Shown here: positions 50,433 through 58,052 of the stretch, in pieces | Layout of the letters: each line of letters opens with the position of its first letter | Position numbering within the stretch: the first letter of the stretch is position 1 | From: Eubacteriales bacterium | Lineage (GTDB): Bacteria; Bacillota; Clostridia; Saccharofermentanales; DTU023 | Assembly: GCA_030532065.1 (NCBI GenBank) | Contig: JAUNLW010000001.1 | Location: forward strand, 304,132-368,131 | Length of the DNA: 64,000 nucleotides | Direction: 5' to 3' | Made by a program: the position numbers and the translations under genes | Notes under the pieces: model-generated | What the model was told of the DNA's origin: nothing | The model's database searches: none | What the model saw: the letters and a program-made list of their open reading frames with translations, nothing else

Positions 50433-50709
50433 ATGCTTTGAGCAATAGTCGGTGACATCGTAGGCTCGGTTTACGAATGGCACAATATTAAAACGAAGGA
50501 GTTTCCTTTATTTCGGGACGATTATTTTATCACAGATGATACCGTTATGACCTACGCTGTTGCAGAGACTGTCATGAAGAAATACGATCGTATGTATCCT
50601 TATACGGGATACGGCAGCATGTTCGGAGCGTGAATTAACTTCTGATACACGTGAGCCGTACACCAGATGCGGCAACGGCTCAGCGTTGCGTCCTTCTCAG
50701 TGCACCTGA
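50433..50709 (+). pseudogene. Decayed ADP-ribosylglycohydrolase-family gene fragment
   Basis: AAGGAGG, then ATG CTT TGA, then in frame AIVGDIVGSVYEWHNIKTKEFPLFRDDYFITDDTVMTYAVAE...YPYTGYGSMFGA with a stop at 50631. The family-typical continuation SDTREPYTRCGNGSALRPS appears only in the +1 frame and stops at 50707-50709. Confidence 0.7.
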
Positions 50710-50786
50710 ATGATGGTTTGCGGCTTCTGTGCGAGAGCGGGAATATGGATATAGAGGGATAGAAAATATTATCTAACAAAGATAGC

Positions 50787-50807
50787 CTGCAGACATTGTG
50801 TCTGTAG
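50787..50807 (+). terminator. Hairpin plus T-tract after the pseudogene (possible terminator)
   Basis: CTGCAGAC ATTGT GTCTGTAG (8 bp including one G-U pair), followed by CCTGTTTTATTCTTT. Confidence 0.4.
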
Positions 50808-50819
50808 CCTGTTTTATTC

Positions 50820-50879
50820 TTTGCACCTACACCCCTTGATTTGCACCCGTGGTCATCAATTTGCACTCACAGGTTAAAA
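50820..50879 (+). repeat. Three direct TTTGCAC(C/T) repeats phased at exactly 20 bp
   Basis: TTTGCACC at 50820, TTTGCACC at 50840 and TTTGCACT at 50860, in non-coding AT-rich DNA. Confidence 0.8.
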
Positions 50880-50920
50880 TTCTATCAATAGATACTTCCT
50901 TTACAGCGCTCACTAATCTC

Positions 50921-51131
50921 TTATGGGCGCTGCTTCTTTCTTTTCTCCTTTATTGATGCAAATATCTTGTACTTTTTACTGTATAAAGTGTTTGCTAATA
51001 CTTTGCCTGCCTTCTCATACAATTGTTTCATTTGAGACCATCTTTTGGTAACTGTTATTGACTGTGCTAAAATAAATCAAGAAATGAGTTGCAGCACAAA
51101 GGTAAATAGTTGCCTCTTTTGCTGTAAGCAT
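50921..51131 (-). pseudogene. Frameshift-split small HTH (excisionase/MerR-like) gene remnant
   Basis: Two abutting mini-ORFs in frames that differ by one nt. The first is MLTAKEATIYLCAATHFLIYFSTVNNSYQKMVSNETIV (51131-51015); its LTAKEA..YL start resembles Xis-type HTH proteins. The second is MKQLYEKAGKVLANTLYSKKYKIFASIKEKRKKQRP (51031-50921). Confidence 0.3.
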
Positions 51132-51160
51132 CGTTAAGAGTTTCGGAAATATCATATTAT

Positions 51161-51188
51161 AGAACTTGCAAATAACAGAACTTGCAAA
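51161..51188 (+). repeat. Tandem direct 12-mers AGAACTTGCAAA (16-bp period) just upstream of the pirin gene
   Basis: AGAACTTGCAAA TAAC AGAACTTGCAAA, ending about 25 nt before ATG 51213. Confidence 0.75.
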
Positions 51189-51212
51189 AAAACTTAGATG
51201 GGAGTTAAAACT

Positions 51213-52064
51213 ATGGAAAGAAAAATCACCAAGCGAGTAAAAGGCTTTAAGGCCATTGATGGCGCAGGCGTACATCTGGTACGTGTCTTAGGCTCGAATA
51301 CCGTCAAAGACTTTGACCCGATTTTGATGCTGGATTCCTTCGACAGTACCAATCCCGATGATTATACGGCAGGCTTTCCCATGCACCCACACAGAGGAAT
51401 TGAGACGATCAGTTATCTCTATCGCGGCAAAATGAAGCACAAGGATACGCTGGGAAACGAAGATACTATATCGGATGGGGAAGTCCAGTGGATGAATTCC
51501 GGCTCCGGCATTATGCACGAGGAGCAGATTCCCGCTGCTGACCGCATGCTGGGTGTGCAGCTGTGGCTCAATCTCCCGCAAAGTGAAAAGATGAGTCAGC
51601 CTACTTATCGTGCGCTGGGCAAAGAAGAGATCGTTGAGATCGAAATCGAGGGTGGCTTTATCAGGCTACTTGCGGGAAGTTATGGCGAGCACAAGGGTCA
51701 TCAGGGCGAGCACTTACCCTTAGATTATTACGATGTGCATTTAGAAGAGGGAAGTGAGTTGGAAATCAAGACTAAGCTCGATGAGTCCGTGATGGCTTTT
51801 ACCCTGCTGGGCGAGGCAGAAATCGCGGGAGAAAAAGTCGAAGAGAAGACTGCGGTCAAGCTCTCAGAAGGTGATGTTTTTCGTTTGAAGGGCCTTACTG
51901 GGGGATCTCAGATTTTAGTCATGAAGTCCAAAGCTTTGAACGAACCCATAGCCTGGGCCGGTCCTATAGTAATGAACACCAGAGCAGAACTCAAAACCGC
52001 TTTTGACGAACTGCATGGGGGAACTTTCATTAAGGATGAGCTGGACTTCAAGCCTGAGCATTAA
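51213..52064 (+). CDS. Pirin-family bicupin protein
   Basis: Contains GFPMHPHRGIETISY and WMNSGSGIMHEE (cupin metal ligands). Two-cupin length. The start is taken at the second ATG (MERKI...). Confidence 0.85.
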   Translation: MERKITKRVKGFKAIDGAGVHLVRVLGSNTVKDFDPILMLDSFDSTNPDDYTAGFPMHPHRGIETISYLYRGKMKHKDTLGNEDTISDGEVQWMNSGSGIMHEEQIPAADRMLGVQLWLNLPQSEKMSQPTYRALGKEEIVEIEIEGGFIRLLAGSYGEHKGHQGEHLPLDYYDVHLEEGSELEIKTKLDESVMAFTLLGEAEIAGEKVEEKTAVKLSEGDVFRLKGLTGGSQILVMKSKALNEPIAWAGPIVMNTRAELKTAFDELHGGTFIKDELDFKPEH

Positions 52065-52095
52065 ATAGTTTCTAAAACAAGTTTCTAAATGAACA

Positions 52096-52117
52096 AGAGG
52101 ACCCGGTTGGGTCCTCT
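52096..52117. terminator. Bidirectional terminator between pirin and the convergent NYN gene
   Basis: AGAGGACCC GGTT GGGTCCTCT followed by ATTTTTTATTTT. Confidence 0.75.
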
Positions 52118-52131
52118 ATTTTTTATTTTGC

Positions 52132-53010
52132 TTAGAAATCACGCTCAGTCTTCTTGATGCGAGTGGGGTCATTCTTAATCCGGATAAAGATCTGCTTGCC
52201 ATGGCCCTTAGGAGCGTCTCGGTAATCTACTTCGTATCTGTCCATTGATAAAAGCAGGCTGGAAAGTTTGACGAAGCCATAATTACGGGAGTCGAAGGAG
52301 GGCTGTTTCTTCTGTAAGAGCTGGCCCAATTCGCCTAGGTAGGCGTAGCCGTCTTCGTCCTCCAGGTCATTGATTGACTGGTCAATCAGGTGGATAAGGC
52401 GGTCATCCACATGTTCAAGCGCGCGTTTGCGCTGATTCTGCCGGTTGTTGCTCTTATCTTTACCATTGTTATTAGAGCGCGACTTACTGCTCGTGCTTTT
52501 AGACCGGCTGTTTTTGGCTTTATTGTTGTTATCTACGTGCTCGTCATCTTCCTCAAACTCATCTTGGAGGATCTCTGTATAGATAAAACGGTCGCAGGAG
52601 GCAATAAAGGCGTTCGGAGTCTTTTGCTCGCCAATACCGTATACGGTCTTGCCGGCTTCTCTCAATCTGGTAGCCAGACGAGTGAAGTCGCTGTCGCTGG
52701 AAACGAGACAAAAAGCATCGGCTCTTTCTGAGTAAAGAATATCCATCGCATCTATAATCAGAGCGGAGTCGGTAGAATTTTTACCTGTAGTATAGGAGAA
52801 CTGTTGGACGGGGGTAATGGCGTAATCCAGTAAATGACTCTTCCAACCACTTAAATTGGGACGGGTCCAGTCGCCATAGATACGCTTGATAGTAGGGTTG
52901 CCATAGCGGGCGATCTCCTGCATCATGGGCTCCAAATAGTTATGCGAGATATTGTCGGCGTCAATAAGAACGGCCAGGCGCACTTCTGTTTGTTGAGAAT
53001 TTGTATCCAT
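52132..53010 (-). CDS. NYN-domain (PIN-like RNase fold) protein with C-terminal OST-HTH/LOTUS domain
   Basis: The N-terminal half has LAVLIDADN...IKRIYGDW...GKNSTDSALIIDAMD...LVSSDSDFTRLATRLREAGKTVYGIG, which is the NYN pattern. A K/S/N-rich linker follows. The C-terminus has GYAYLGELGQLLQKKQPSFDSRNYGFVKLSSLL, an OST-HTH pattern. The start is ATG 53010 behind AAGGAG. Confidence 0.75.
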   Translation of the reverse strand: MDTNSQQTEVRLAVLIDADNISHNYLEPMMQEIARYGNPTIKRIYGDWTRPNLSGWKSHLLDYAITPVQQFSYTTGKNSTDSALIIDAMDILYSERADAFCLVSSDSDFTRLATRLREAGKTVYGIGEQKTPNAFIASCDRFIYTEILQDEFEEDDEHVDNNNKAKNSRSKSTSSKSRSNNNGKDKSNNRQNQRKRALEHVDDRLIHLIDQSINDLEDEDGYAYLGELGQLLQKKQPSFDSRNYGFVKLSSLLLSMDRYEVDYRDAPKGHGKQIFIRIKNDPTRIKKTERDF

Positions 53011-53283
53011 GTTTACTCCTTTCTTTATATATTTGACCAAGTGGTCAGACCCAAATTATAACGGTTATTGCTGTTTTCTGCATAGATAAAATTCTTTAGG
53101 CCGTTTTGCGGAGGAAACTGCTCTGCGGAAGATAAATTACACGCATTTAAGACGATCGAATGTAAGCTTATGATTAGGCTTTTGTAAAGTGATACGTTAG
53201 AACTCCTGAGCCCTTGGCTTAGATTTCTGGCTTTAGTATCATGGCTTAGAGAGCGATAAATGCCCTCTAGGAGGCTCAATGCA

Positions 53284-54819
53284 ATGAAGTACATCGGTTT
53301 GATCGACCTGGGCTCACACGAGATTTCTCTCAGTATCGTAAACGTTACTGCGAAGAAGCAATATTCACTTTTAGAGAAATTATCACGCACCTTGGCCATG
53401 GGCGCTGATACCTACAGCAAATCGCGCGTTTCTTTAGACAAGATCAAGGAATTGGGCGAGATTTTCAGCGACTTCAGTCTCAAACTGAAGGAATATCCTG
53501 GAATAGAAGTATTGGCCTTTGCGGAGTCGGCCATCCGGGAAGCGGAGAACCGTTCCTATGTGTTGGACTATCTCAAGTTCTTGAGTGGTATAGATGTAAA
53601 AGTGCTCAGCAATAATGAGCAGGTACTCTATCAACTTTATTCTTATTACGACAGTATTGAAGACTTTGATCGCTATATTCAAGAAGGTGCCATGTTTGTC
53701 GATCTGGGAGCCGGCAGCGTGCAATTTAGCCTTTTCCTGGAAGGAAAACTGGTCTCCACGCAGAACATGCGTCTGGGATCACTGCGGCTAAATGCGGTCC
53801 TGGAAGAGCTGGAGGAGCGGAGTCTTAATTTCCAGGAATATCTTTTGGAATATATCTGGGGCGATCTGACCTACTTCCAAAAATTTGAGGGAAGACTGCG
53901 CAAAGTTAAACACCTCTTTTTAAGTGGCGAGAACCTTACTTATATTCGTGCCCTGAGCCACAAGTCAGCATCTGATTTTGCCACTCTGAACCGTCAGGAC
54001 CTAAATAAGATCCTGGAAGATCTGTCGGACAGGTCTTACGATTATTTGGTCAGGACGGAGCATATACCAGAAGAGCACGCGCGGCTCATCCTGCCAACCG
54101 CTTTGCTCTTAAGGGAAGTCTTCCGTTTCACTGGTCGCGAAGAAGCCTACCTGCCGGATTCACCGCTGGATAAGGGCGTATTCCTGAGACACTTTGCGAA
54201 AACTTACCCTGCGCTCGCGGGACGCGATTGGAGTCAGGACCAGATAGATCTTTCCAGGAATTTAGCCAAGCGTTACGAAGCGGAAGAAAAGCACTGTCAG
54301 CAGGTAGAGTTCTTGAGCCTGGAGCTTTTTGACGCGCTTAAGAAACGCTTGCGGCTCAGACCGCAGGACCGCCACTACCTGCAGCTAGCGGCTATCCTGC
54401 ATAACGTAGGCAAGTTTATCAATATAGTGTCAGAAGACCGTCGCTCCTATGACGTGGTCAGGTCTTTAGAGATCCCAGGCCTGTCACCTGAAGAACTGTA
54501 TTTTATCGCGCTGGTCATCTATTTCCATGAGTCAGACAATCGCCAACGTCCAGAAATCGAATCTAACCTTGCGCCTGACCGGCAGTTGGCTATGGATAAG
54601 CTGTGCTGCTTGTTAGGCCTGGCCAACGCCATGGACACCAGTCACCAGCAAAAAATAAAGAAAATCAAGCTGGATGAGAAGCAAGGACGTATGCGCCTCG
54701 CGCTCTACAGCAAAGAAGATATCAGTCTCGAACTTTGGAAGCTATCCAAGGAACAATGCTTCTTCCAGGAAGTTTTTTCCACAGAACTGGAGATCTTGAC
54801 CAGGCCTTATAAGGCTTAG
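53284..54819 (+). CDS. ppx: Exopolyphosphatase / GppA-family phosphatase with HD domain
   Basis: ASKHA-fold N-terminus (GLIDLGSHEISLSI, DLGAGSVQ) and a C-terminal HD region (LAAILHNVGKFI). Adjacent to ppk1. The start is at ATG 53284 behind AGGAGG. Confidence 0.85.
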   Translation: MKYIGLIDLGSHEISLSIVNVTAKKQYSLLEKLSRTLAMGADTYSKSRVSLDKIKELGEIFSDFSLKLKEYPGIEVLAFAESAIREAENRSYVLDYLKFLSGIDVKVLSNNEQVLYQLYSYYDSIEDFDRYIQEGAMFVDLGAGSVQFSLFLEGKLVSTQNMRLGSLRLNAVLEELEERSLNFQEYLLEYIWGDLTYFQKFEGRLRKVKHLFLSGENLTYIRALSHKSASDFATLNRQDLNKILEDLSDRSYDYLVRTEHIPEEHARLILPTALLLREVFRFTGREEAYLPDSPLDKGVFLRHFAKTYPALAGRDWSQDQIDLSRNLAKRYEAEEKHCQQVEFLSLELFDALKKRLRLRPQDRHYLQLAAILHNVGKFINIVSEDRRSYDVVRSLEIPGLSPEELYFIALVIYFHESDNRQRPEIESNLAPDRQLAMDKLCCLLGLANAMDTSHQQKIKKIKLDEKQGRMRLALYSKEDISLELWKLSKEQCFFQEVFSTELEILTRPYKA

Positions 54820-54849
54820 GTCAGTGAAGAATAGGAGTGAGCCACACTT

Positions 54850-57099
54850 ATGTTTTACGAAAAAGTTTTAGCCAGCTACGATCCGCTGCCCTTGCGTGAG
54901 CCGCTGAAGCCGGGAGAGTTTGCTTATATCAACCGTGAACTCAGCTGGATGGAGTTTAACGAAAGAGTTCTGGAAGAAGCGCGTGACAAGACTAATCCTC
55001 TGTACGAGCGCTTAAATTTTATGGCCATTACCGGTTCTAACTTGGACGAGCACTTCATGATCCGCGCGGCATCCTTGATCAGTTTGGTGCAGGCCGGAGG
55101 CAGCAAGCCTGACCCCGCAGGTATGACGCCTAAGGAGCAGCTCAGCCGGCTTATGGACCGCTGTCAGGACTTTGTCAAGAAGCAGTACTCAACCTACAAT
55201 CGTCAGCTGATTCCCGCTTTAGCTGAAGAAGGAATTGAGATCTTAAAGCCCAGTGAGCTGGATGACGCGGCGCTGGACCGCTTGGAGAAATACTTTGACG
55301 AGCATATTTTTCCGGTTTTAAGCCCCATTGCCGTTGACGCGGCAAGACCTTTTCCACTACTGGCCAATGACAGTCTAAACCTGATCGTTCTGTTGCAGGA
55401 CCGCCTGGAACTAAGCCGCCAGGAACTGGAAAAACACCATAAAGCGAGCCAGCATAAAGAAGTAGATGCAGATGATCTCTACCCGCCGATAGCGCTCCTG
55501 CAGGTACCGCGTAATCTCTCGCGCCTGTATTTATCCGGTGAGCGCGAAGGCGTAACACAGCTCGTGATGTTGGAAGATATTATCATCCACTTCATGCCGA
55601 AACTCTTTGATAACCAGACTATACTGGAAGCCTATCCCTTCCGTATACTGCGCGATGCGGATTTTGAGATTGATGAGGACGATGTCGCAGACTTGCTGGT
55701 AGAGATTGAAGAGCGGGTGGCCATGAGAAAAAGAGGCGCGGTCATTCGAATGACTATCGACCACCGCGCGCCAAAGGTCGTGCGTACTATTTTACAGGAA
55801 GTCTTGGACGTACCGGACAACCAGGTCTTCCGGGTAAAGGGCCCTCTTGACTTAACTTTTATTCGTAAAGTCAGCAGCCTTGCGCCTAGACCGGAGCTCC
55901 ATTACCGGCCCTTCAGCCCGCAACTCTCACCGGACTTCAGCCGCGATGAGGATCCTTTTGCCTGCATCCGCCAGAGAGACATTTTGCTCCACCATCCTTA
56001 TGAAACTTTTGACGATGTCATCAGGGGGATTCGTAAAGCATCCAAAGATCCTCAAGTTTTGGCGATTAAGCAGACTCTCTACCGGGTGTCTGGAAAGTCT
56101 CCCATTATCAAGGCTCTGGCCGATGCGGCCCAGGCCGGCAAACAGGTCCTGGTTCTGGTTGAGCTTAAAGCACGCTTCGATGAGGAAAACAATATCCACT
56201 GGGCGCGTGAGCTCGAGAAGGCAGGCTGCCATGTGCTCTATGGCCTAAAAGGTCTGAAGACTCACAGCAAGATTACCTTGATTGTACGCGAAGAAGCGGA
56301 CGGTATTAGACGTTATGTCCACTTAGGAACCGGTAACTACAACGACAGCACGGCTAAGATCTATACCGATTTAGGTATATGGTCCTGCAGTGAGCGGGTA
56401 GGCGAAGACGCCAGCAAATTCTTCAACATGATTTCCGGTTATTCTTTGCCACGTTCCTGGAAACAGATTATTCCAGCGCCACGTTGGTTGCGAGATGATA
56501 CGATCTTCCGTATTAGAAGGGAAGCGGAGCACGCCGCTAAGGGCAGGAAGGCCATGATCGTGGCTAAGGTAAACTCGCTCTTAGACGAAGAAATCATTGA
56601 AGAACTTTACAAGGCTTCACAAGCCGGCGTGATCATTCGCCTGATCGTAAGAGGCATCTCCTCAATCCGTCCCGGTATCAAAGGTCTATCAGAAAATATC
56701 GAAGTCAGAAGTTTAGTGGGCCGTTTCCTGGAGCATTCGCGCATCTTCTATTATTATAATGACGGCGAAGAGGACCTGCTCTTTGGCAGCGCCGACTGGA
56801 TGCCTCGAAATCTGGATCGCCGGATCGAGATTGTAAGCCCCATTTATGACGCGGAATGCCGACGCCGGGTGTTTGAGATTTTAAGCCTGGAATTAGCCGA
56901 TACGGAAAGAGCCAGGATCGAGCAGTCGGACGGCTACTACAAACGCGTAGACCGTAGAGGTAAAGAGATCCTCGATTCTCAGATCGCCCTCTGCGAATTG
57001 GCCACAGACGCTGCCGCTAAGATACATCCCGATCCTCTCAGCGCTTCTCACTATGAGGTGAGAACTAGCCCTGCGCCGAGCAGTGCTGGAGAAGATTAA
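54850..57099 (+). CDS. ppk: Polyphosphate kinase 1
   Basis: About 749 aa. Contains YINRELSWMEFNERVL, and two PLD-like C-domains with KTHSKITLI and LEHSRIFYY. Confidence 0.93.
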   Translation: MFYEKVLASYDPLPLREPLKPGEFAYINRELSWMEFNERVLEEARDKTNPLYERLNFMAITGSNLDEHFMIRAASLISLVQAGGSKPDPAGMTPKEQLSRLMDRCQDFVKKQYSTYNRQLIPALAEEGIEILKPSELDDAALDRLEKYFDEHIFPVLSPIAVDAARPFPLLANDSLNLIVLLQDRLELSRQELEKHHKASQHKEVDADDLYPPIALLQVPRNLSRLYLSGEREGVTQLVMLEDIIIHFMPKLFDNQTILEAYPFRILRDADFEIDEDDVADLLVEIEERVAMRKRGAVIRMTIDHRAPKVVRTILQEVLDVPDNQVFRVKGPLDLTFIRKVSSLAPRPELHYRPFSPQLSPDFSRDEDPFACIRQRDILLHHPYETFDDVIRGIRKASKDPQVLAIKQTLYRVSGKSPIIKALADAAQAGKQVLVLVELKARFDEENNIHWARELEKAGCHVLYGLKGLKTHSKITLIVREEADGIRRYVHLGTGNYNDSTAKIYTDLGIWSCSERVGEDASKFFNMISGYSLPRSWKQIIPAPRWLRDDTIFRIRREAEHAAKGRKAMIVAKVNSLLDEEIIEELYKASQAGVIIRLIVRGISSIRPGIKGLSENIEVRSLVGRFLEHSRIFYYYNDGEEDLLFGSADWMPRNLDRRIEIVSPIYDAECRRRVFEILSLELADTERARIEQSDGYYKRVDRRGKEILDSQIALCELATDAAAKIHPDPLSASHYEVRTSPAPSSAGED

Positions 57100-57117
57100 G
57101 AATTGAGGTAAATTAAC

Positions 57118-58035
57118 GTGACAGCAGATAAAATTTCCCTGGTAGTTTTGGCCGCGGGTTTAGGCTCCCGCTATGGTGGCCTTAAACAAATTGACCCGGT
57201 AGGACCGGAAGGTGAGATCCTCCTGGAATACTCCGTTTATGACGCCATCAAAGCGGGTTTTGAACGAGTAGTCTTTATTATCCGTGAGGACCGAGATGCC
57301 TTTGCCGCTGCCATCGGCGATAGAATGAGAAATCACATTGACATCGCTTACGCCCGCCAAAGCCTGGAAGATCTGCCTGCCGGTGTTGTGATACCGGAAG
57401 GAAGACAAAAACCCTGGGGCACTGCTCACGCTTTATTAGCCGCCAAAGATCAGCTGGACGCGCCTTTCTCCGTCATCAACGCGGATGACTACTATGGCCC
57501 GGAAGCTTTCCGCCTGGCCTATGACTACTTAACTGCAAAAGCCCGGCCACAGGAAGCTTTGCTGGTCAACTATATTCTAGGCAATACCTTATCTCCCAAC
57601 GGTACCGTAGCTCGTGGTATTTGTGAGATCGGTGATAAAGAAGATCTCCTGACGATTACGGAAAGACGCGTGATCAAAGATGGGGGTGATCTGGCTTACT
57701 TTAGTGAAGATCAGGGTGAGACCTGGACCGCGCTGGATAAATCCAGCCCGGTGTCCATGAATTTCTGGGGCTTTCATGAGTCTATCCTGGAGGATCTGGA
57801 TCAAGGCTTTGCCCCGGCACTTGAACAGGGTTTACTAAAAGATCCTCTCAAATTTGAATATTTATTACCAGAAAAAGTTGGCCTGATGGTGCAAAAGCAA
57901 GGCTTTAGGGTACAATGTAAAGCCAGCCACGACAAGTGGTACGGTATGACTTATAAGGAAGACAAAAACAGTTTGGCCGAAGCTTTGGCCAAACTGACAG
58001 ACCAGGGCCTCTACCCCCGAGGCTTATGGGCCTGA
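57118..58035 (+). CDS. Sugar-phosphate nucleotidyltransferase-fold protein
   Basis: N-terminal VVLAAGLGSRYGGLKQ (GxGxR NTP-transferase loop) and PWGTAHAL. GTG start. Substrate not inferable. Confidence 0.65.
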   Translation: MTADKISLVVLAAGLGSRYGGLKQIDPVGPEGEILLEYSVYDAIKAGFERVVFIIREDRDAFAAAIGDRMRNHIDIAYARQSLEDLPAGVVIPEGRQKPWGTAHALLAAKDQLDAPFSVINADDYYGPEAFRLAYDYLTAKARPQEALLVNYILGNTLSPNGTVARGICEIGDKEDLLTITERRVIKDGGDLAYFSEDQGETWTALDKSSPVSMNFWGFHESILEDLDQGFAPALEQGLLKDPLKFEYLLPEKVGLMVQKQGFRVQCKASHDKWYGMTYKEDKNSLAEALAKLTDQGLYPRGLWA

Positions 58036-58052
58036 GGAGAGGATGTAGAAGA

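Noticed and set aside
50433-50709. In-frame TGA codons in the ARH-like fragment as recoding (Trp or Sec)
   Set aside because: TGA is used as an ordinary stop by many intact genes in this window. A frameshift is also needed to follow the homology, and most of the gene is missing. Pseudogene is the simpler reading.
50405-53259. Direct repeat of the ssrA 3' end (attR) marking the island boundary
   Set aside because: I scanned the non-coding stretches by eye for CTCCACCA or TTCGATTCC-type strings and found none. Boundary placement therefore rests on composition and gene content only.
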